This document shows positions 49,130 through 59,974 of a stretch of 64,000 nucleotides of DNA, in pieces. The notes under the pieces are model-generated. The model had not been told where the DNA came from. It was given only the letters and a program-made list of their open reading frames with translations, and searched no databases. The DNA is from Candidatus Poribacteria bacterium (GTDB taxonomy: Bacteria; Poribacteria; WGA-4E; PCPOR2b). Every line of letters begins with the position of its first letter. Position 1 is the stretch's first letter. The stretch covers positions 256,001-320,000 of the forward strand of contig OZ240245.1 in NCBI GenBank assembly GCA_965198175.1, given 5' to 3'. Position numbers and translations under genes: made by a program.

Positions 49130-51586
49130 ATGCCCAAGTCACTTACAATAGATCCATCTGAAGTTCGCATGAAATCAGTCATTAAAAGCCAGGAAATACC
49201 CGTAAACGCCTATGACGCAGATCCAGAGCAGGAAGATATACAATATGGCTCGGAAAACCTGGTTCGCATCTATCGAGATATGCTCTATATCCGGGAATTC
49301 GAGGCGATGCTGGATGGAATTAAAAAAGAAGGTGCTTACGAAGGTTTCCAATACAATCACAAGGGACCTGCGCATCTATCCATCGGTCAGGAAGCTGCCG
49401 CTGTGGGTCAGTGTTACCACCTTTCCCCAGAGGATTTTGTCTTTGGCTCTCACCGCAGCCACGGGGAGATACTCGCCAAAAGTTTCGCTGCAATTGAAAA
49501 GTTGAGCGAAGCAGCGTTGATGAACACGATGGAATCCTACATGGATGGTGCTCCGCTGCGTGTAGTGGAAACGTTTACAAAGGGAAACGTCAAAGATCTC
49601 GCAATTAACTACATCCTCTACGGAACACTTGCTGAAATATTTGGTCGAGAAAATGGATTCAATAAAGGCATGGGCGGATCCATGCATGCATTTTTCCTTC
49701 CGTTTGGTGTCATGCCCAACAACGCCATCGTAGGCGGTTCCGCCGATATCGCCACAGGTGCGGCGCTCTTCAAGCGGGTGAACCGAAAGCCGGGGATTGT
49801 CATCGCCAATATCGGTGACGCCTCCATGGGCTGTGGTCCCGTCTGGGAGGCGATGATGTTCGCCGCTATGGATCAGTACCGCATCCTATGGGACGCGGAT
49901 GTGGGTGGCAACCCGCCGATTCTATTCAATTTTATGAACAATTTTTACGGGATGGGCGGTCAGCCAAAAGGCGAAACCATGGGCTTTGATGTTCTGGCAC
50001 GGGTGGGTTTAGGCGTCAATCCAGAAGCCATGCACACGGAGCGCGTAGATGGCTACAACCCGCTCGCCGTGGCAGACGCGACTGCTCGAAAACGGAAGGT
50101 GCTGGAAGCGGGGCAAGGACCCGTCATGTTGGATACGGTAACGTACCGGTTCTCTGGGCATTCACCTTCCGACGCCTCCTCTTATCGAGACAAATCGGAG
50201 TTAGACCTCTGGAGCCAACAGGACTCGCTGATAAATTACGCGAAATATCTCAAGGAAAACGGTCACGCGGACGATGAGCAATTGGGCGCTTTTCGGGATG
50301 ACATTTGCGCACGCCTAGTCAAGGTTCTGGAAGCTGCTGCCTCCTTGGAAATTTCGCCCCGCATCAATATTCAAGTAGACGCTATTGGCGATGTGATGTT
50401 CTCTAATGAATACAAAGACCGCATGGACGAACGCGAACCAGAGGTACTCATCCCCAAAGAAAGTAGCCGTCTCAAAACCACATTGAGCAAGCATCGATTT
50501 GGGTTGGAAGATGGGAAACCGCTGCCAAAGCTTCGGACCTTGACCTACGCCGAGGCGCTTTTCGAAGCCATGATACACCGCTTCTATGAAGACCCTACCA
50601 TGATTGCCTACGGGGAAGAAAATCGGGACTGGGGCGGAGCTTTTAGCGTCTATCGCGGCTTGACAGAGTGCCTGTCATACCACCGACTGTTCAACTCTCC
50701 TATTTCGGAGGCGGCAATTGTGGGGACAGCCGTTGGATACGCGCTCTGCGGCGGGCGCGTGGTGGCGGAGCTGATGTATTGCGATTTTATGGGTCGAGCA
50801 GGCGATGAAGTTTTCAATCAGATGGCGAAGTGGCAATCTATGTCCGGCAATGTCTTGCAAATGCCATTGGTGTTGCGTGTATCTATCGGCTCTAAGTACG
50901 GGGCGCAGCATTCCCAAGACTGGACTTCAATCGTAGCACATATTCCTGGCTTAAAGGTCATGTTTCCTGCGACCGCATACGATGCGAAAGGTATGTTGAA
51001 CCTAGCGCTGCGCGGGACGGATCCAGTTGTCTTCTTTGAAAGCCAGCGTCTGTATTCCGAACCGGAAACCGTTGTAGAAGGCGGCGTGCCCACCGAGTAC
51101 TATGAAGTAGAGATGGGGGAACCGGCGCTCCGCCGCAAAGGCAAGGATTTAACCGTTGTCACGATTGGCGCGGCGCTCTACAGAGCCCTTGAAGCGGCTG
51201 ACGAACTCGAGGAAAAGCACAGCATTTCCGCTGAAGTGATTGACGCCCGCTTTATCAATCCGCTGAACTACGAAACAATCGTTGAATCCGTGATAAAGAC
51301 CGGGAGAGTCGTGCTCGTCTCTGACGCCTGCGAACGGGGTACTTTTCTCCACACGATGGCGTCGAATATTTCCCAGTTGGCATTTGACCATTTGGACGGT
51401 CCCATAGCCGTGGTTGGCGCACGCAATTGGATTACGCCGCCCGCAGAATTGGAAGAGGCGTTTTTCCCACAGAAAGATTGGATTATTGACACGGTCCACG
51501 AGCGAATTTTGCCGATCCCCGATCATAAGGTAACCACTGTACAAACCACCGGAGAAATTCTAAGGCGCAATCGCTTGGGGACTTAG
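49130..51586 (+). CDS. Fused alpha/beta E1 subunit of a ThDP-dependent 2-oxoacid dehydrogenase
   Basis: [19 protein letters not shown] ThDP motif, [21 protein letters not shown]. Confidence 0.9.
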   Translation: MPKSLTIDPSEVRMKSVIKSQEIPVNAYDADPEQEDIQYGSENLVRIYRDMLYIREFEAMLDGIKKEGAYEGFQYNHKGPAHLSIGQEAAAVGQCYHLSPEDFVFGSHRSHGEILAKSFAAIEKLSEAALMNTMESYMDGAPLRVVETFTKGNVKDLAINYILYGTLAEIFGRENGFNKGMGGSMHAFFLPFGVMPNNAIVGGSADIATGAALFKRVNRKPGIVIANIGDASMGCGPVWEAMMFAAMDQYRILWDADVGGNPPILFNFMNNFYGMGGQPKGETMGFDVLARVGLGVNPEAMHTERVDGYNPLAVADATARKRKVLEAGQGPVMLDTVTYRFSGHSPSDASSYRDKSELDLWSQQDSLINYAKYLKENGHADDEQLGAFRDDICARLVKVLEAAASLEISPRINIQVDAIGDVMFSNEYKDRMDEREPEVLIPKESSRLKTTLSKHRFGLEDGKPLPKLRTLTYAEALFEAMIHRFYEDPTMIAYGEENRDWGGAFSVYRGLTECLSYHRLFNSPISEAAIVGTAVGYALCGGRVVAELMYCDFMGRAGDEVFNQMAKWQSMSGNVLQMPLVLRVSIGSKYGAQHSQDWTSIVAHIPGLKVMFPATAYDAKGMLNLALRGTDPVVFFESQRLYSEPETVVEGGVPTEYYEVEMGEPALRRKGKDLTVVTIGAALYRALEAADELEEKHSISAEVIDARFINPLNYETIVESVIKTGRVVLVSDACERGTFLHTMASNISQLAFDHLDGPIAVVGARNWITPPAELEEAFFPQKDWIIDTVHERILPIPDHKVTTVQTTGEILRRNRLGT

Positions 51587-51730
51587 GTCCGACTGTCCTT
51601 TGTAAAGGTGTTAGGCGTTGTCAATTAAATGGTAGTCGGCTTTACGCTTTGGTATCGACCATATTTCGGGCTTTATAGGAGGCTGTCGTCGACGACAATT
51701 AAACCTTCAGAACGATCGAGGATAGCTTGA

Positions 51731-52969
51731 TTGCGGGTGGTGCAAATGGTTACGTATCTTATTATTGGAACTGCTTATTTCTTCCTTATCGTAGAGATTT
51801 TAATCATCATCAAATCGTTTCTATACACACATCGAGAAAGGAAAGCGAAAAGACCCGATTACACGCCAAAGGCAGCGATAATTGCGCCGCATTACGGATG
51901 GGATACACAGGCAGCGGAAAATGCGAAGAGATTATTGGACCAAAATTACGACGGGCATTATGAAATTTTATACGTTACACACCAATCGGGAGCGTCAGGG
52001 TACGATATATCCTACCCGCCTCTCCTTGAGATTGCCGAGGGGCGCGCCAATGCGCGGGTCCTCTTGGCGCCAAATATCATCGAAAATTCGCTGCCGCGTT
52101 CCCAAAAGGTGCAGAATCTGATGACGGCGATTGCGGCGCTGCCGGACGATGTTCAGGTCATCGCCTTTGTCGATGCAGATTCAACGGTTCAAAACGATTG
52201 GCTCAAACTACTCGTCCAACCCCTTCAGGATAAGAACGTTGGGGCGACAGTTGGCGCACGGTTTTATGTGCCGCAGCGCTTGAATTTCGCTTCGCTTGTC
52301 GAGACGATCTGGGTCAATTTTCAGATTGCCTTTCAAGGAGATCACTCACTCACAATGGTTTGGGGTGGATCGAACGCCATTCGACGTGAACTTCTTGATG
52401 TCGGGTCAGTGCTGAAACGTTGGGAAAATGCGCCCATCGAAGATCACAATTTGACGCACGCCGTGCGGGATCTCAAACTTAAAGTGCATTTCGTCCCAGA
52501 CTGTATTGCGGTCACGCATACCGACAACCGCACATGGAAACAAATCCTTGAATTTACCAATCGACAGATAGTCATGACGTTCAGGATGGGACTCAAAGCA
52601 CAGTGGATTCTCACCCTGTTGGTATGTTTACCGAAATCGCTAATTATTTTCGCATCTATTCCGCTTGTCTTCTATTATAATCGGCTCATTATTGTGTTCC
52701 TGATTCCATTTATCGAAATTCAAAGCTATCGGCTCTTCTCCAAAAATCTACCGCAATGGCTGAAGGATGACCCTCAAGTGCGTGAAAATATCAGAATATC
52801 CTCGTTCGCCACGCCTACATCAATGCTTCTTGCGGGATTGAATGCAGTGTACGCCTTATTCCAGAACAAAATCGTCTGGGGCGGTGTGCGCTACGAAATT
52901 CTTTCAGCCACCAAATGTCGTATTTTAGGCACGATCAACCGACCGAATAGGGAGGGATCAACCGAGTGA
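51731..52969 (+). CDS. GT2/GT21 (ceramide glucosyltransferase/HpnI-like) membrane glycosyltransferase
   Basis: SQKVQNL, FVDAD, WGGS.A.R, ED, F..RQ motifs; N- and C-terminal TM segments. Confidence 0.82.
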   Translation: MRVVQMVTYLIIGTAYFFLIVEILIIIKSFLYTHRERKAKRPDYTPKAAIIAPHYGWDTQAAENAKRLLDQNYDGHYEILYVTHQSGASGYDISYPPLLEIAEGRANARVLLAPNIIENSLPRSQKVQNLMTAIAALPDDVQVIAFVDADSTVQNDWLKLLVQPLQDKNVGATVGARFYVPQRLNFASLVETIWVNFQIAFQGDHSLTMVWGGSNAIRRELLDVGSVLKRWENAPIEDHNLTHAVRDLKLKVHFVPDCIAVTHTDNRTWKQILEFTNRQIVMTFRMGLKAQWILTLLVCLPKSLIIFASIPLVFYYNRLIIVFLIPFIEIQSYRLFSKNLPQWLKDDPQVRENIRISSFATPTSMLLAGLNAVYALFQNKIVWGGVRYEILSATKCRILGTINRPNREGSTE

Positions 52970-53033
52970 ATAACGAGTGCGATAGTCTATAGTTTTCCGA
53001 AGACTATCGCACTCACTATCCGTTCGCTTGATC
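52933..53033. repeat. GATC-ended palindromic repeat (partial plus full 78-bp unit 52956-53033) overlapping the GT stop codon
   Basis: Same family as 5637. Confidence 0.85.
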
Positions 53034-53069
53034 CCCCCACGAAGCGGAGAAGGTTGAAAAGGAGGTTCA

Positions 53070-54290
53070 ATGCCTGAACGAAGTCGAATATCACCTAGGT
53101 TTTTTGTTAATCAACTCGCAACCACCCTTCTAGAGGATTGGTGGACTTCCTATACGTTCATCAAGTACCAAATCGCAAAGGAGAGTTTTAACTGGCGGCA
53201 CCCGTTCGGGGCAAAACACGGTCAAGGCGACGCGGTACAACTGGTTAGTTTGCGGATTACGGATATGTGTAATCTGCGCTGTCACTCCTGCGGTCAATGG
53301 GGCGATAACGGTTACCTAGTCGGACAATCCCTAAAAAAGTTGAAACAACGGGAGGTACCCGTTGAAACATACAAACGGCTCGTCGATCAGATTGTTGATG
53401 CCGGCTGGTCGCCGCTATGGTATATCTGGGGCGGCGAACCGATGCTTTATCCCGGTCTGATTGAGCTGATGTACTACATCAAGGAGCGGGGAATGCCAAT
53501 CTCGCTCGTGACCAACTCCACAAACGTCGCTCGACGCGCAGACGATATTCTCGATACCTGCAAAATTCTCTACCTGAGTGTTGACGGTCCAAACGCCGAC
53601 ATCCACAACACACAACGCCCCGGCGTTACAGAGAACTATGATAACTTCAAGGATGTGAAGGCAGCGCTTGAAACTATCAGCGAAGAGAAGAAACGGCGGA
53701 ATCAGAAATTTCCCTATGTTGTTCCGCTGAGTTGCATCACTCAATATAACATCGACGATGTGGTAGATCTCTACGGGTTCACAAGTCAGTACGCAGACAC
53801 TCAAATCTTTTACCTGACCTGGTGGATCGATTCGCAGTCTGCACAGGAACACGCAGTGGATTTTGAGCGTCGGTTCGGTTTTAAACCGCAAACCCATTTC
53901 GGCTGGATTGGAACTTGGAAAGATTTCGATCACGGCGTCATCCTCGATAAATTCGAGGAGATGGAAAATATCTCCAGAACGCAGGGACGGTGCCCGCCGA
54001 TGATGATGCCGAAGCTAAAGACGCGAGACGATATCAACCGCTACTACACAGATCACAGCGACGCCTTCGGTTATAACCAGTGCGTCAGCATCTTTATGAC
54101 GCTGGAGATCGACAGCAACGGCGATGTCAGCCTCTGTCGCGATTATCACGATTATATCATCGGCAACATCAACACGGATGCCGTCACAGACATCTGGAAC
54201 AACGAAGCCGCCATAAAATTCAGGCGCTCCATCAGCACGGAAGGCATTATGCCGGTGTGCCGCCGCTGCTGTGGGTTGATGGGGTACTAA
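53070..54290 (+). CDS. Radical SAM protein with SPASM/twitch domain
   Basis: CNLRCHSC, GGEP, C..I...GDV..C...IGNI...IWN...C.RCC. Confidence 0.92.
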   Translation: MPERSRISPRFFVNQLATTLLEDWWTSYTFIKYQIAKESFNWRHPFGAKHGQGDAVQLVSLRITDMCNLRCHSCGQWGDNGYLVGQSLKKLKQREVPVETYKRLVDQIVDAGWSPLWYIWGGEPMLYPGLIELMYYIKERGMPISLVTNSTNVARRADDILDTCKILYLSVDGPNADIHNTQRPGVTENYDNFKDVKAALETISEEKKRRNQKFPYVVPLSCITQYNIDDVVDLYGFTSQYADTQIFYLTWWIDSQSAQEHAVDFERRFGFKPQTHFGWIGTWKDFDHGVILDKFEEMENISRTQGRCPPMMMPKLKTRDDINRYYTDHSDAFGYNQCVSIFMTLEIDSNGDVSLCRDYHDYIIGNINTDAVTDIWNNEAAIKFRRSISTEGIMPVCRRCCGLMGY

Positions 54291-54320
54291 TCAGTTTAAA
54301 GAGAAAGGGGAGTCTAAGAG

Positions 54321-55184
54321 ATGAAGATAGGTTTGCGCATACCGGGCGCAGGGGCGCAGATGCCCTTTGATACCTTTTGCAGTTGGTGTGCGGACAACGG
54401 TTTTGAAGCAGTTGATGTGGATACCGTCACACCCGAAATCGTAAAGACCGCAGACAGCGCTGGCTTGGTCATTGGCAGCGCGGATATACAGGGTGTCGGC
54501 GACCTGTTGAGTGTAGATAAATCCAAGCAGAAAAGAGGCGCAGAAGCGGCGAAAGCCTCAATTCAGGCAGCCGCTGACAACGATGTCCATATCATGTTCT
54601 GCGTCCTTGTGCCTGAAGATGGAAGTCTTGGGCGAGTGCAAAACTTTGAACTCTGGAAAGCGACATTCCCGCCGATTGTCGAATTTGCCGAGTCCAGGGG
54701 TGTCACCATCGCGCTCGAAGGATGGCCCGGCCCCCCGCCGCACTATCCTACCCTGGGCTGTACCCCTGAAATGTTGCGCCTCATGTACGCCGAATGCCCA
54801 TCCAAATCGCTCGCCCTGAACTACGATCCCTCCCACATGATCCGAATGGGTGTAGACTACCTGCGTCTGCTCAATGAGTTCGCCTCGTACGTCCGGCACG
54901 CACACGGAAAAGACACCGTTTTCGATCCAGAAGCCTACTACCTGCACGGCAATCTCGGTCCCACCTTCTACCAACCTCAGACATTCGGTGAAGATTGGTG
55001 GCGCTACTGCATCCCCGGCGAGGGATTGACCGATTGGCCCAAGGTAATCAAACGCCTTGAGGACGAAGGGTTTGATGGAATTATCAGCGTCGAACTGGAA
55101 GACATCCGCTACTACAAGGATTGGGACGCACAAGCCGACGGGCTCCGCCGTTCACGAGACCATCTCGCACAATACATGCGCTAG
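54321..55184 (+). CDS. Sugar phosphate isomerase/epimerase (xylose-isomerase-like TIM barrel)
   Basis: ALE, YDPSH, HAHGKD, PGEG..DW, ISVELE. Confidence 0.88.
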   Translation: MKIGLRIPGAGAQMPFDTFCSWCADNGFEAVDVDTVTPEIVKTADSAGLVIGSADIQGVGDLLSVDKSKQKRGAEAAKASIQAAADNDVHIMFCVLVPEDGSLGRVQNFELWKATFPPIVEFAESRGVTIALEGWPGPPPHYPTLGCTPEMLRLMYAECPSKSLALNYDPSHMIRMGVDYLRLLNEFASYVRHAHGKDTVFDPEAYYLHGNLGPTFYQPQTFGEDWWRYCIPGEGLTDWPKVIKRLEDEGFDGIISVELEDIRYYKDWDAQADGLRRSRDHLAQYMR

Positions 55185-55465
55185 CAGCAGTATTTCACGG
55201 TATGAGCACTGTGGGAGGGATCAAGGGAGCGAATAGCGAGTGCGATAGTTTTAGATACCTCTCCCACCGCACATGTGCATTGTCGGTTCTGTCAATAAGC
55301 ATTCCCCTCCTTGTCAAGGAGGGGCTAGGGGAGGTCGTTTTAGTTGGGTGGACCAATCAAGTCACCCACCAGCGCAACCACAATAGAAATCTCTTTGACA
55401 TCTTGACACGGCTGTGCTCGACCATTGAATTTCGTAGCGCGCGAAAAAGATGAAAATTGACCATT

Positions 55466-56893
55466 TCACAGTTTTATTAAAATTGCAATCAAGATAATAG
55501 CAAACAGAATTCCTACGAACACTGTCCAACCCGTGACTGACGCCAACTTTGATAAAATTAGTTGATTTGACTGGTTTAACGCCGCTTTTATTTTTGCGAT
55601 TAGAGGCAATTTCTCTTCGTCATGCCAAGAAGCACTATCATCTTTTGATTTAGTGCCGACTAATTCTTCCGATATTGCTTTTATCTTTTTCTGAAGAAAC
55701 ACGAGGCGTTCCTCGGCGCGAAGTCTCAAATCGCCAATCTCCTCAAACGGAATCTCGCCGTCAAAGTCGGGAAACCATTCGGGTTCGTGTTTCCTAAGTC
55801 GATCGTATTGCTCATCAAACATATTGAGATGGAGCTGGAACCCAAATTTCCAAGATTCCCCGTCGTGGTATTCGTCTTTGAATGCGTAATCGTGGCAACA
55901 ACGGCGTAGTTCGTCTCTAACTTGTTCATTCCGCCGATAGAAGGACAAATTGTAAATTGCCACGTCAAGGAATTTGTCTCTGTCTTTTTCAAAAGCTTCT
56001 CTCACTTCTTCCGGTTTGCGCCTGTACCACCCCGTGCCGCCATAGTATGCTTGTCTCAAAGCAATATCATCGCTGTCTTTCAATTTGTCATCTTTGACCA
56101 GCCTACCTAAAAATGCTCGGCATTTGCGGAAAAAGCCATGTTCATCATCACCTTCCACTTTCCATCGTTTTATTGTGTCCAGCACGTCCATATCGCTAGG
56201 TGCATGTGGAACCCGATCGTCGCCATGCGGAGCTAGCTGCTCTCCAAGACGAGCAAGTACGCGTGCCGACTCTGCATGCACCGGTACCGTCTTATACAAA
56301 CTCCAAGCAGCTTGGCAGGGGTGTTCAGGCGCTAGGAACTCTATTTCTTCACGATAACCAGACGGGCGGCTAAGCTGAGGATTTGAAATGGTGCATCCTA
56401 TCGCCGTAAGCCATTGTTCATCGGTAAGCACTACGAATGGGGTGCCTCTGTGGTATAAATTCACCAGAATCTGGCTAAAAAGATCTTTATTTGACAACAA
56501 GCTGTAAAGTAATTCAACATCGAAAGACTGAAGGAGTTCCTTTAAGACTCCAGCGTCCTCATCACGCCGGTTACCTTCAATCCAGTCGCCTCCTACTACG
56601 CCAGACAAAACTGATGGGCCGGACAATAATGCCTTCTTTACTGTAGCGTCGCAGTTCCTAAAAAGGCTAAGCGCTGTCTCGGATCTCAAACGTGCATACA
56701 ACGCTAAACCTAAGTTTATTAAAGGTTCATTGCGCTCAATCAGCACCTTTTCAATTTCATCGGCCCTACCTCCAAGGAAATCAAAATATGGCTTCTGCTC
56801 TCGTAACCACTCAAATACCGTGTCCGGATTTGCATGGGAAAGCCAGTACGATTCAAACACAGGATTTTCCAGTATGTCTTTTTGTTCATTCAT
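55466..56893 (-). CDS. Hypothetical helical protein with a single C-terminal TM helix
   Basis: 475-aa ORF with hydrophobic C-terminus; family not recognised. Confidence 0.75.
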   Translation of the reverse strand: MNEQKDILENPVFESYWLSHANPDTVFEWLREQKPYFDFLGGRADEIEKVLIERNEPLINLGLALYARLRSETALSLFRNCDATVKKALLSGPSVLSGVVGGDWIEGNRRDEDAGVLKELLQSFDVELLYSLLSNKDLFSQILVNLYHRGTPFVVLTDEQWLTAIGCTISNPQLSRPSGYREEIEFLAPEHPCQAAWSLYKTVPVHAESARVLARLGEQLAPHGDDRVPHAPSDMDVLDTIKRWKVEGDDEHGFFRKCRAFLGRLVKDDKLKDSDDIALRQAYYGGTGWYRRKPEEVREAFEKDRDKFLDVAIYNLSFYRRNEQVRDELRRCCHDYAFKDEYHDGESWKFGFQLHLNMFDEQYDRLRKHEPEWFPDFDGEIPFEEIGDLRLRAEERLVFLQKKIKAISEELVGTKSKDDSASWHDEEKLPLIAKIKAALNQSNQLILSKLASVTGWTVFVGILFAIILIAILIKL

Positions 56894-57013
56894 TTTTGTG
56901 TTTGTGGGGAACGGAAGTCCCCGATTCCTATGTGTTGTGAGCGTGATTTAAAGGGTTCATGAATCTGATGGGTGTTCGCTGTGTGTATGGTATCACACTT
57001 ACTGCACCGCCTA

Positions 57014-57667
57014 TCAAGACACCCGGCAAACGGCTCCTGAGCCGGCATCACAGTACCAGAAGCAATCATCCCAGCGGGTCATGCCGTGCGGTTCTGGATG
57101 CGGTTCGGGAATTTCTATCTTTTCAATGGTCGAACCATCGTTGAGGTTCAAGCGATAGAAAGCGCGGTAATTTGTTTCAACGCACCAGAGATCATCTTCC
57201 TGCCACGCAAGACCGTGCGGACGGCTACCGGGGGCTGGGAATGAATGCAGGACAGCAAGATTGTTCTCTGGATCTAGCTGGTAAATGGTTGCTGAAGGTG
57301 GTACTGCCATCCATAACTTGCCATCGCGCCATTCTAATCCGTGCGCCCCTGACTGCTGGGCACCTGCTGCCGTATAGGAGGCAAGGGTCTTTCCACTTGC
57401 TGGGTCGACTTTTAGAATTGCGGGACCAGCGGCTTCTATTCGCGTTGGGGCGACGGTTGATGCAAGCCAAAGGTTCGTACCGTCCACCGTGATACCGCTT
57501 CCGTGCTCGGAATCCGTGTCGATAGCCCTCAAAGTCTCCCCTTCAAAGGAGACAAGCATGGCTTGGTTTGAAACCTGATCCAGGAACCAGATACCTTCCG
57601 CTGTGGCTTGCATACCGTTTGGTTGGCGTCCCGGAAAGTCAAACATCTTCTCTATATTAACTTCCAT
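57014..57667 (-). CDS. Beta-propeller protein (glutaminyl cyclase/Vgb-like)
   Basis: Repeated PG..PHGL.W.DG.LW blades. Confidence 0.7.
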   Translation of the reverse strand: MEVNIEKMFDFPGRQPNGMQATAEGIWFLDQVSNQAMLVSFEGETLRAIDTDSEHGSGITVDGTNLWLASTVAPTRIEAAGPAILKVDPASGKTLASYTAAGAQQSGAHGLEWRDGKLWMAVPPSATIYQLDPENNLAVLHSFPAPGSRPHGLAWQEDDLWCVETNYRAFYRLNLNDGSTIEKIEIPEPHPEPHGMTRWDDCFWYCDAGSGAVCRVS

Positions 57668-57733
57668 AAGGAACCCTCCCTCATTACATTTGTGAACTTA
57701 TGTCCAAGCGCGTTGGTCGCGTAATCCTACCAA

Positions 57734-58762
57734 CTAATCGAAGAGTTTGGACTTCATTTCAATAATCTTTATCCGGCGTTCGGCTTCGGCGATAAGATCG
57801 TCTAAAGCCGGATCTCCCTTAGCGAGACGGATAAAGGACTTGTAATGGGCAATCGCTTCCTCATCGTGCCCTTGTCTCTCGTAAATATACCCAAGATTGG
57901 CGTATGTTTCTGCCAAGTTCGGGTTGATACGAATTGCCTCCTTGTACGCGGCAATCGACTCATCCCATCTATCCAAATCTTCGTACGCATATCCAAGGTT
58001 GTTGTGCGCCTCTGCGTAGTTTGGATTGAGACGAATGGCTGTTTTGTACGCCTCAACCGCTTCCTCGAATCTACCCTGTCTACGATACACGATTCCCAAA
58101 TTGGTGTGCGCTTCCGGGTAGTTCGGGTCAATCACGATTGCTTTTTTGTACGCGGCGATTGCTTCGTCTAATTTGCCCTGTTGACGATAGACAATTCCAA
58201 GATTGGTATGCAGCACCGGATTGTTCGGGTCAATGCGGACAGCTGTTTTGAACGCAGAAACCGCCTCTTCAAATTCGCCCTGTATACCGTAAACTTTTCC
58301 AAGATTGTTGTGCGCCGCGGAAAAGTCTGCCTTGATACGAATTGCCGCTTTGAATTCAGGGATGGCTTTGTCAAGCTCGCCCTGCTGTTGATAGACAATT
58401 CCCAAATTGTAGCGCACCGCTGCATCGGTCGGCTCAACCTCGACCGCCTTTTTCCATCTGGCAAGAACGTCGCTTAATGCTTTTTTTGCTTCCGGGGTGT
58501 CTATCCCGCCAAGGGCAAAAGCAGCGCCGCTCCGATTCAGCGCCTCCTTATCGTTCTGCAACATCTTGGTTAAGCCTGGAATTGCTGCTTTAGCAGGTTC
58601 GCCCATCTCGCCCAGGGCAATCGCAGCGCGCTGGCGAACGGACGCATCCGTGGCGTCAAGCTGTTTGATGAGCGTTGCTATACGCAGTTCATCGGCACCA
58701 AACGAGTTTATCGTCAAAACCAGAAAACTAAAAAGAGCGAAGATACTCATCCTACGTTTCAC
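57734..58762 (-). CDS. Secreted HEAT + TPR repeat protein
   Basis: Signal peptide, HEAT pair, about 6 34-aa TPRs (AH.NLG.VY..QG...EA..AYK.AI...P). Confidence 0.9.
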   Translation of the reverse strand: MKRRMSIFALFSFLVLTINSFGADELRIATLIKQLDATDASVRQRAAIALGEMGEPAKAAIPGLTKMLQNDKEALNRSGAAFALGGIDTPEAKKALSDVLARWKKAVEVEPTDAAVRYNLGIVYQQQGELDKAIPEFKAAIRIKADFSAAHNNLGKVYGIQGEFEEAVSAFKTAVRIDPNNPVLHTNLGIVYRQQGKLDEAIAAYKKAIVIDPNYPEAHTNLGIVYRRQGRFEEAVEAYKTAIRLNPNYAEAHNNLGYAYEDLDRWDESIAAYKEAIRINPNLAETYANLGYIYERQGHDEEAIAHYKSFIRLAKGDPALDDLIAEAERRIKIIEMKSKLFD

Positions 58763-58908
58763 AGGAGATTCCTATCGTGTCAGGAAAAATTGAAGTTTTT
58801 GTATACGTTCATATGAGTGTGCACACCTGACGGTGATGAAGGCGTCAACCCTAGTGTTCGGGGTTCCCTACTACACGGTTGGACCGCAATGCTTGAGTCT
58901 AGATTATT

Positions 58909-58950
58909 TGTCGGTTAGAACTATCGCCCTCGTTATTCACTCGGTTGATC
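58909..58950. repeat. Half copy of the GATC-ended repeat providing the stop of 58933..59895
   Basis: actatcgccctcgttattcactcggttgatc is identical to 17524-17554. Confidence 0.85.
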
Positions 58951-59895
58951 CCGCTTGAGCCAACCCCAGGTCAAAGCGCGGTTCCGGGCAGGTGATACGG
59001 CGAAAACCGTCACAAAATCAGGATCGAACCAGGCTGCTGCACGGTTAAAGTTGCCTATCGGTGGAAGTTCACGAAGATCTCCATTGCCATCGCCATCTTG
59101 AATGATAATCTTAGCTATGCCGCCCCCGAAGGTAGTCGCAGCAATCTTCTTACCGTCCGGTGACCATTCAGGGTCTCTACAACACCCGATTCTCATCTGG
59201 TTATTGCCGTCTGCGTCCATCACAAAGATTTCAGCATGCCCTGAGCGTTCCGTAATCCAGGCTATTTTTTCATTGTCCGGCGACCATGCAGCGTGGGAGT
59301 CCTTGGCGCGATGGTTGGTCAGATTTTGCAGGTTGCCTCCGTCCGCGTTCATGAGGTGGAGGTCCCCAATGGTCTTACCCCGTTTGGAAGAGAAGGCAAT
59401 CTTCCGAGCATCCCGCGACCACGCGGGTTGGATGTCGTCAGCCGGGTCGTTTGTGAGGTTCTCAATGATTTGCCCCGCCGCGTTCATAGTATAGATTTCA
59501 AAGTTGCCATCCCGATTGGAGGTGAAGACTAGCTTCCGACCATCAGGGTGCCAATTCGGCCAACTGTCCTCTGCGGCATGGTCAGTGAGTTGTTTCAGAT
59601 TCCCTCCATCGCCATTCACCACGTAGACATCGATGTTCTTCTTCGCTTCGGTGTGGAATGCCAACTTGGTACCGTCCGGTGCCCACTCCAGACCTAAGGG
59701 TTGTCCGTCAACCAATACCAGTGCGCGCTGATTGTTGCCGTTGGGATCCATCAACCAGATATTGCCCTCGGCTGCGTTGGTGGAGACCGCGATGGTTGGT
59801 TTGTCCGGTGCTTTTGACTCGGCACTCGTCAGGCACATCGCGCTGATCAATAAAGCCACACTTATACAAATGACTACTGTTTTCCGGCTTCGCAT
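58933..59895 (-). CDS. Secreted TolB-like (PD40) beta-propeller protein
   Basis: P.WSPDG..IAF.S.R.G..EIY.M repeats; C-terminal AVSP..RALTWGWLK. Confidence 0.9.
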   Translation of the reverse strand: MRSRKTVVICISVALLISAMCLTSAESKAPDKPTIAVSTNAAEGNIWLMDPNGNNQRALVLVDGQPLGLEWAPDGTKLAFHTEAKKNIDVYVVNGDGGNLKQLTDHAAEDSWPNWHPDGRKLVFTSNRDGNFEIYTMNAAGQIIENLTNDPADDIQPAWSRDARKIAFSSKRGKTIGDLHLMNADGGNLQNLTNHRAKDSHAAWSPDNEKIAWITERSGHAEIFVMDADGNNQMRIGCCRDPEWSPDGKKIAATTFGGGIAKIIIQDGDGNGDLRELPPIGNFNRAAAWFDPDFVTVFAVSPARNRALTWGWLKRDQPSE

Positions 59896-59974
59896 GGTCT
59901 AGACTCCTGCAGAAAGGGGAGAAAAGAAATTTCTCCCAAATAGGATGACACTTGAAACCCTGGTATAAAAATGA

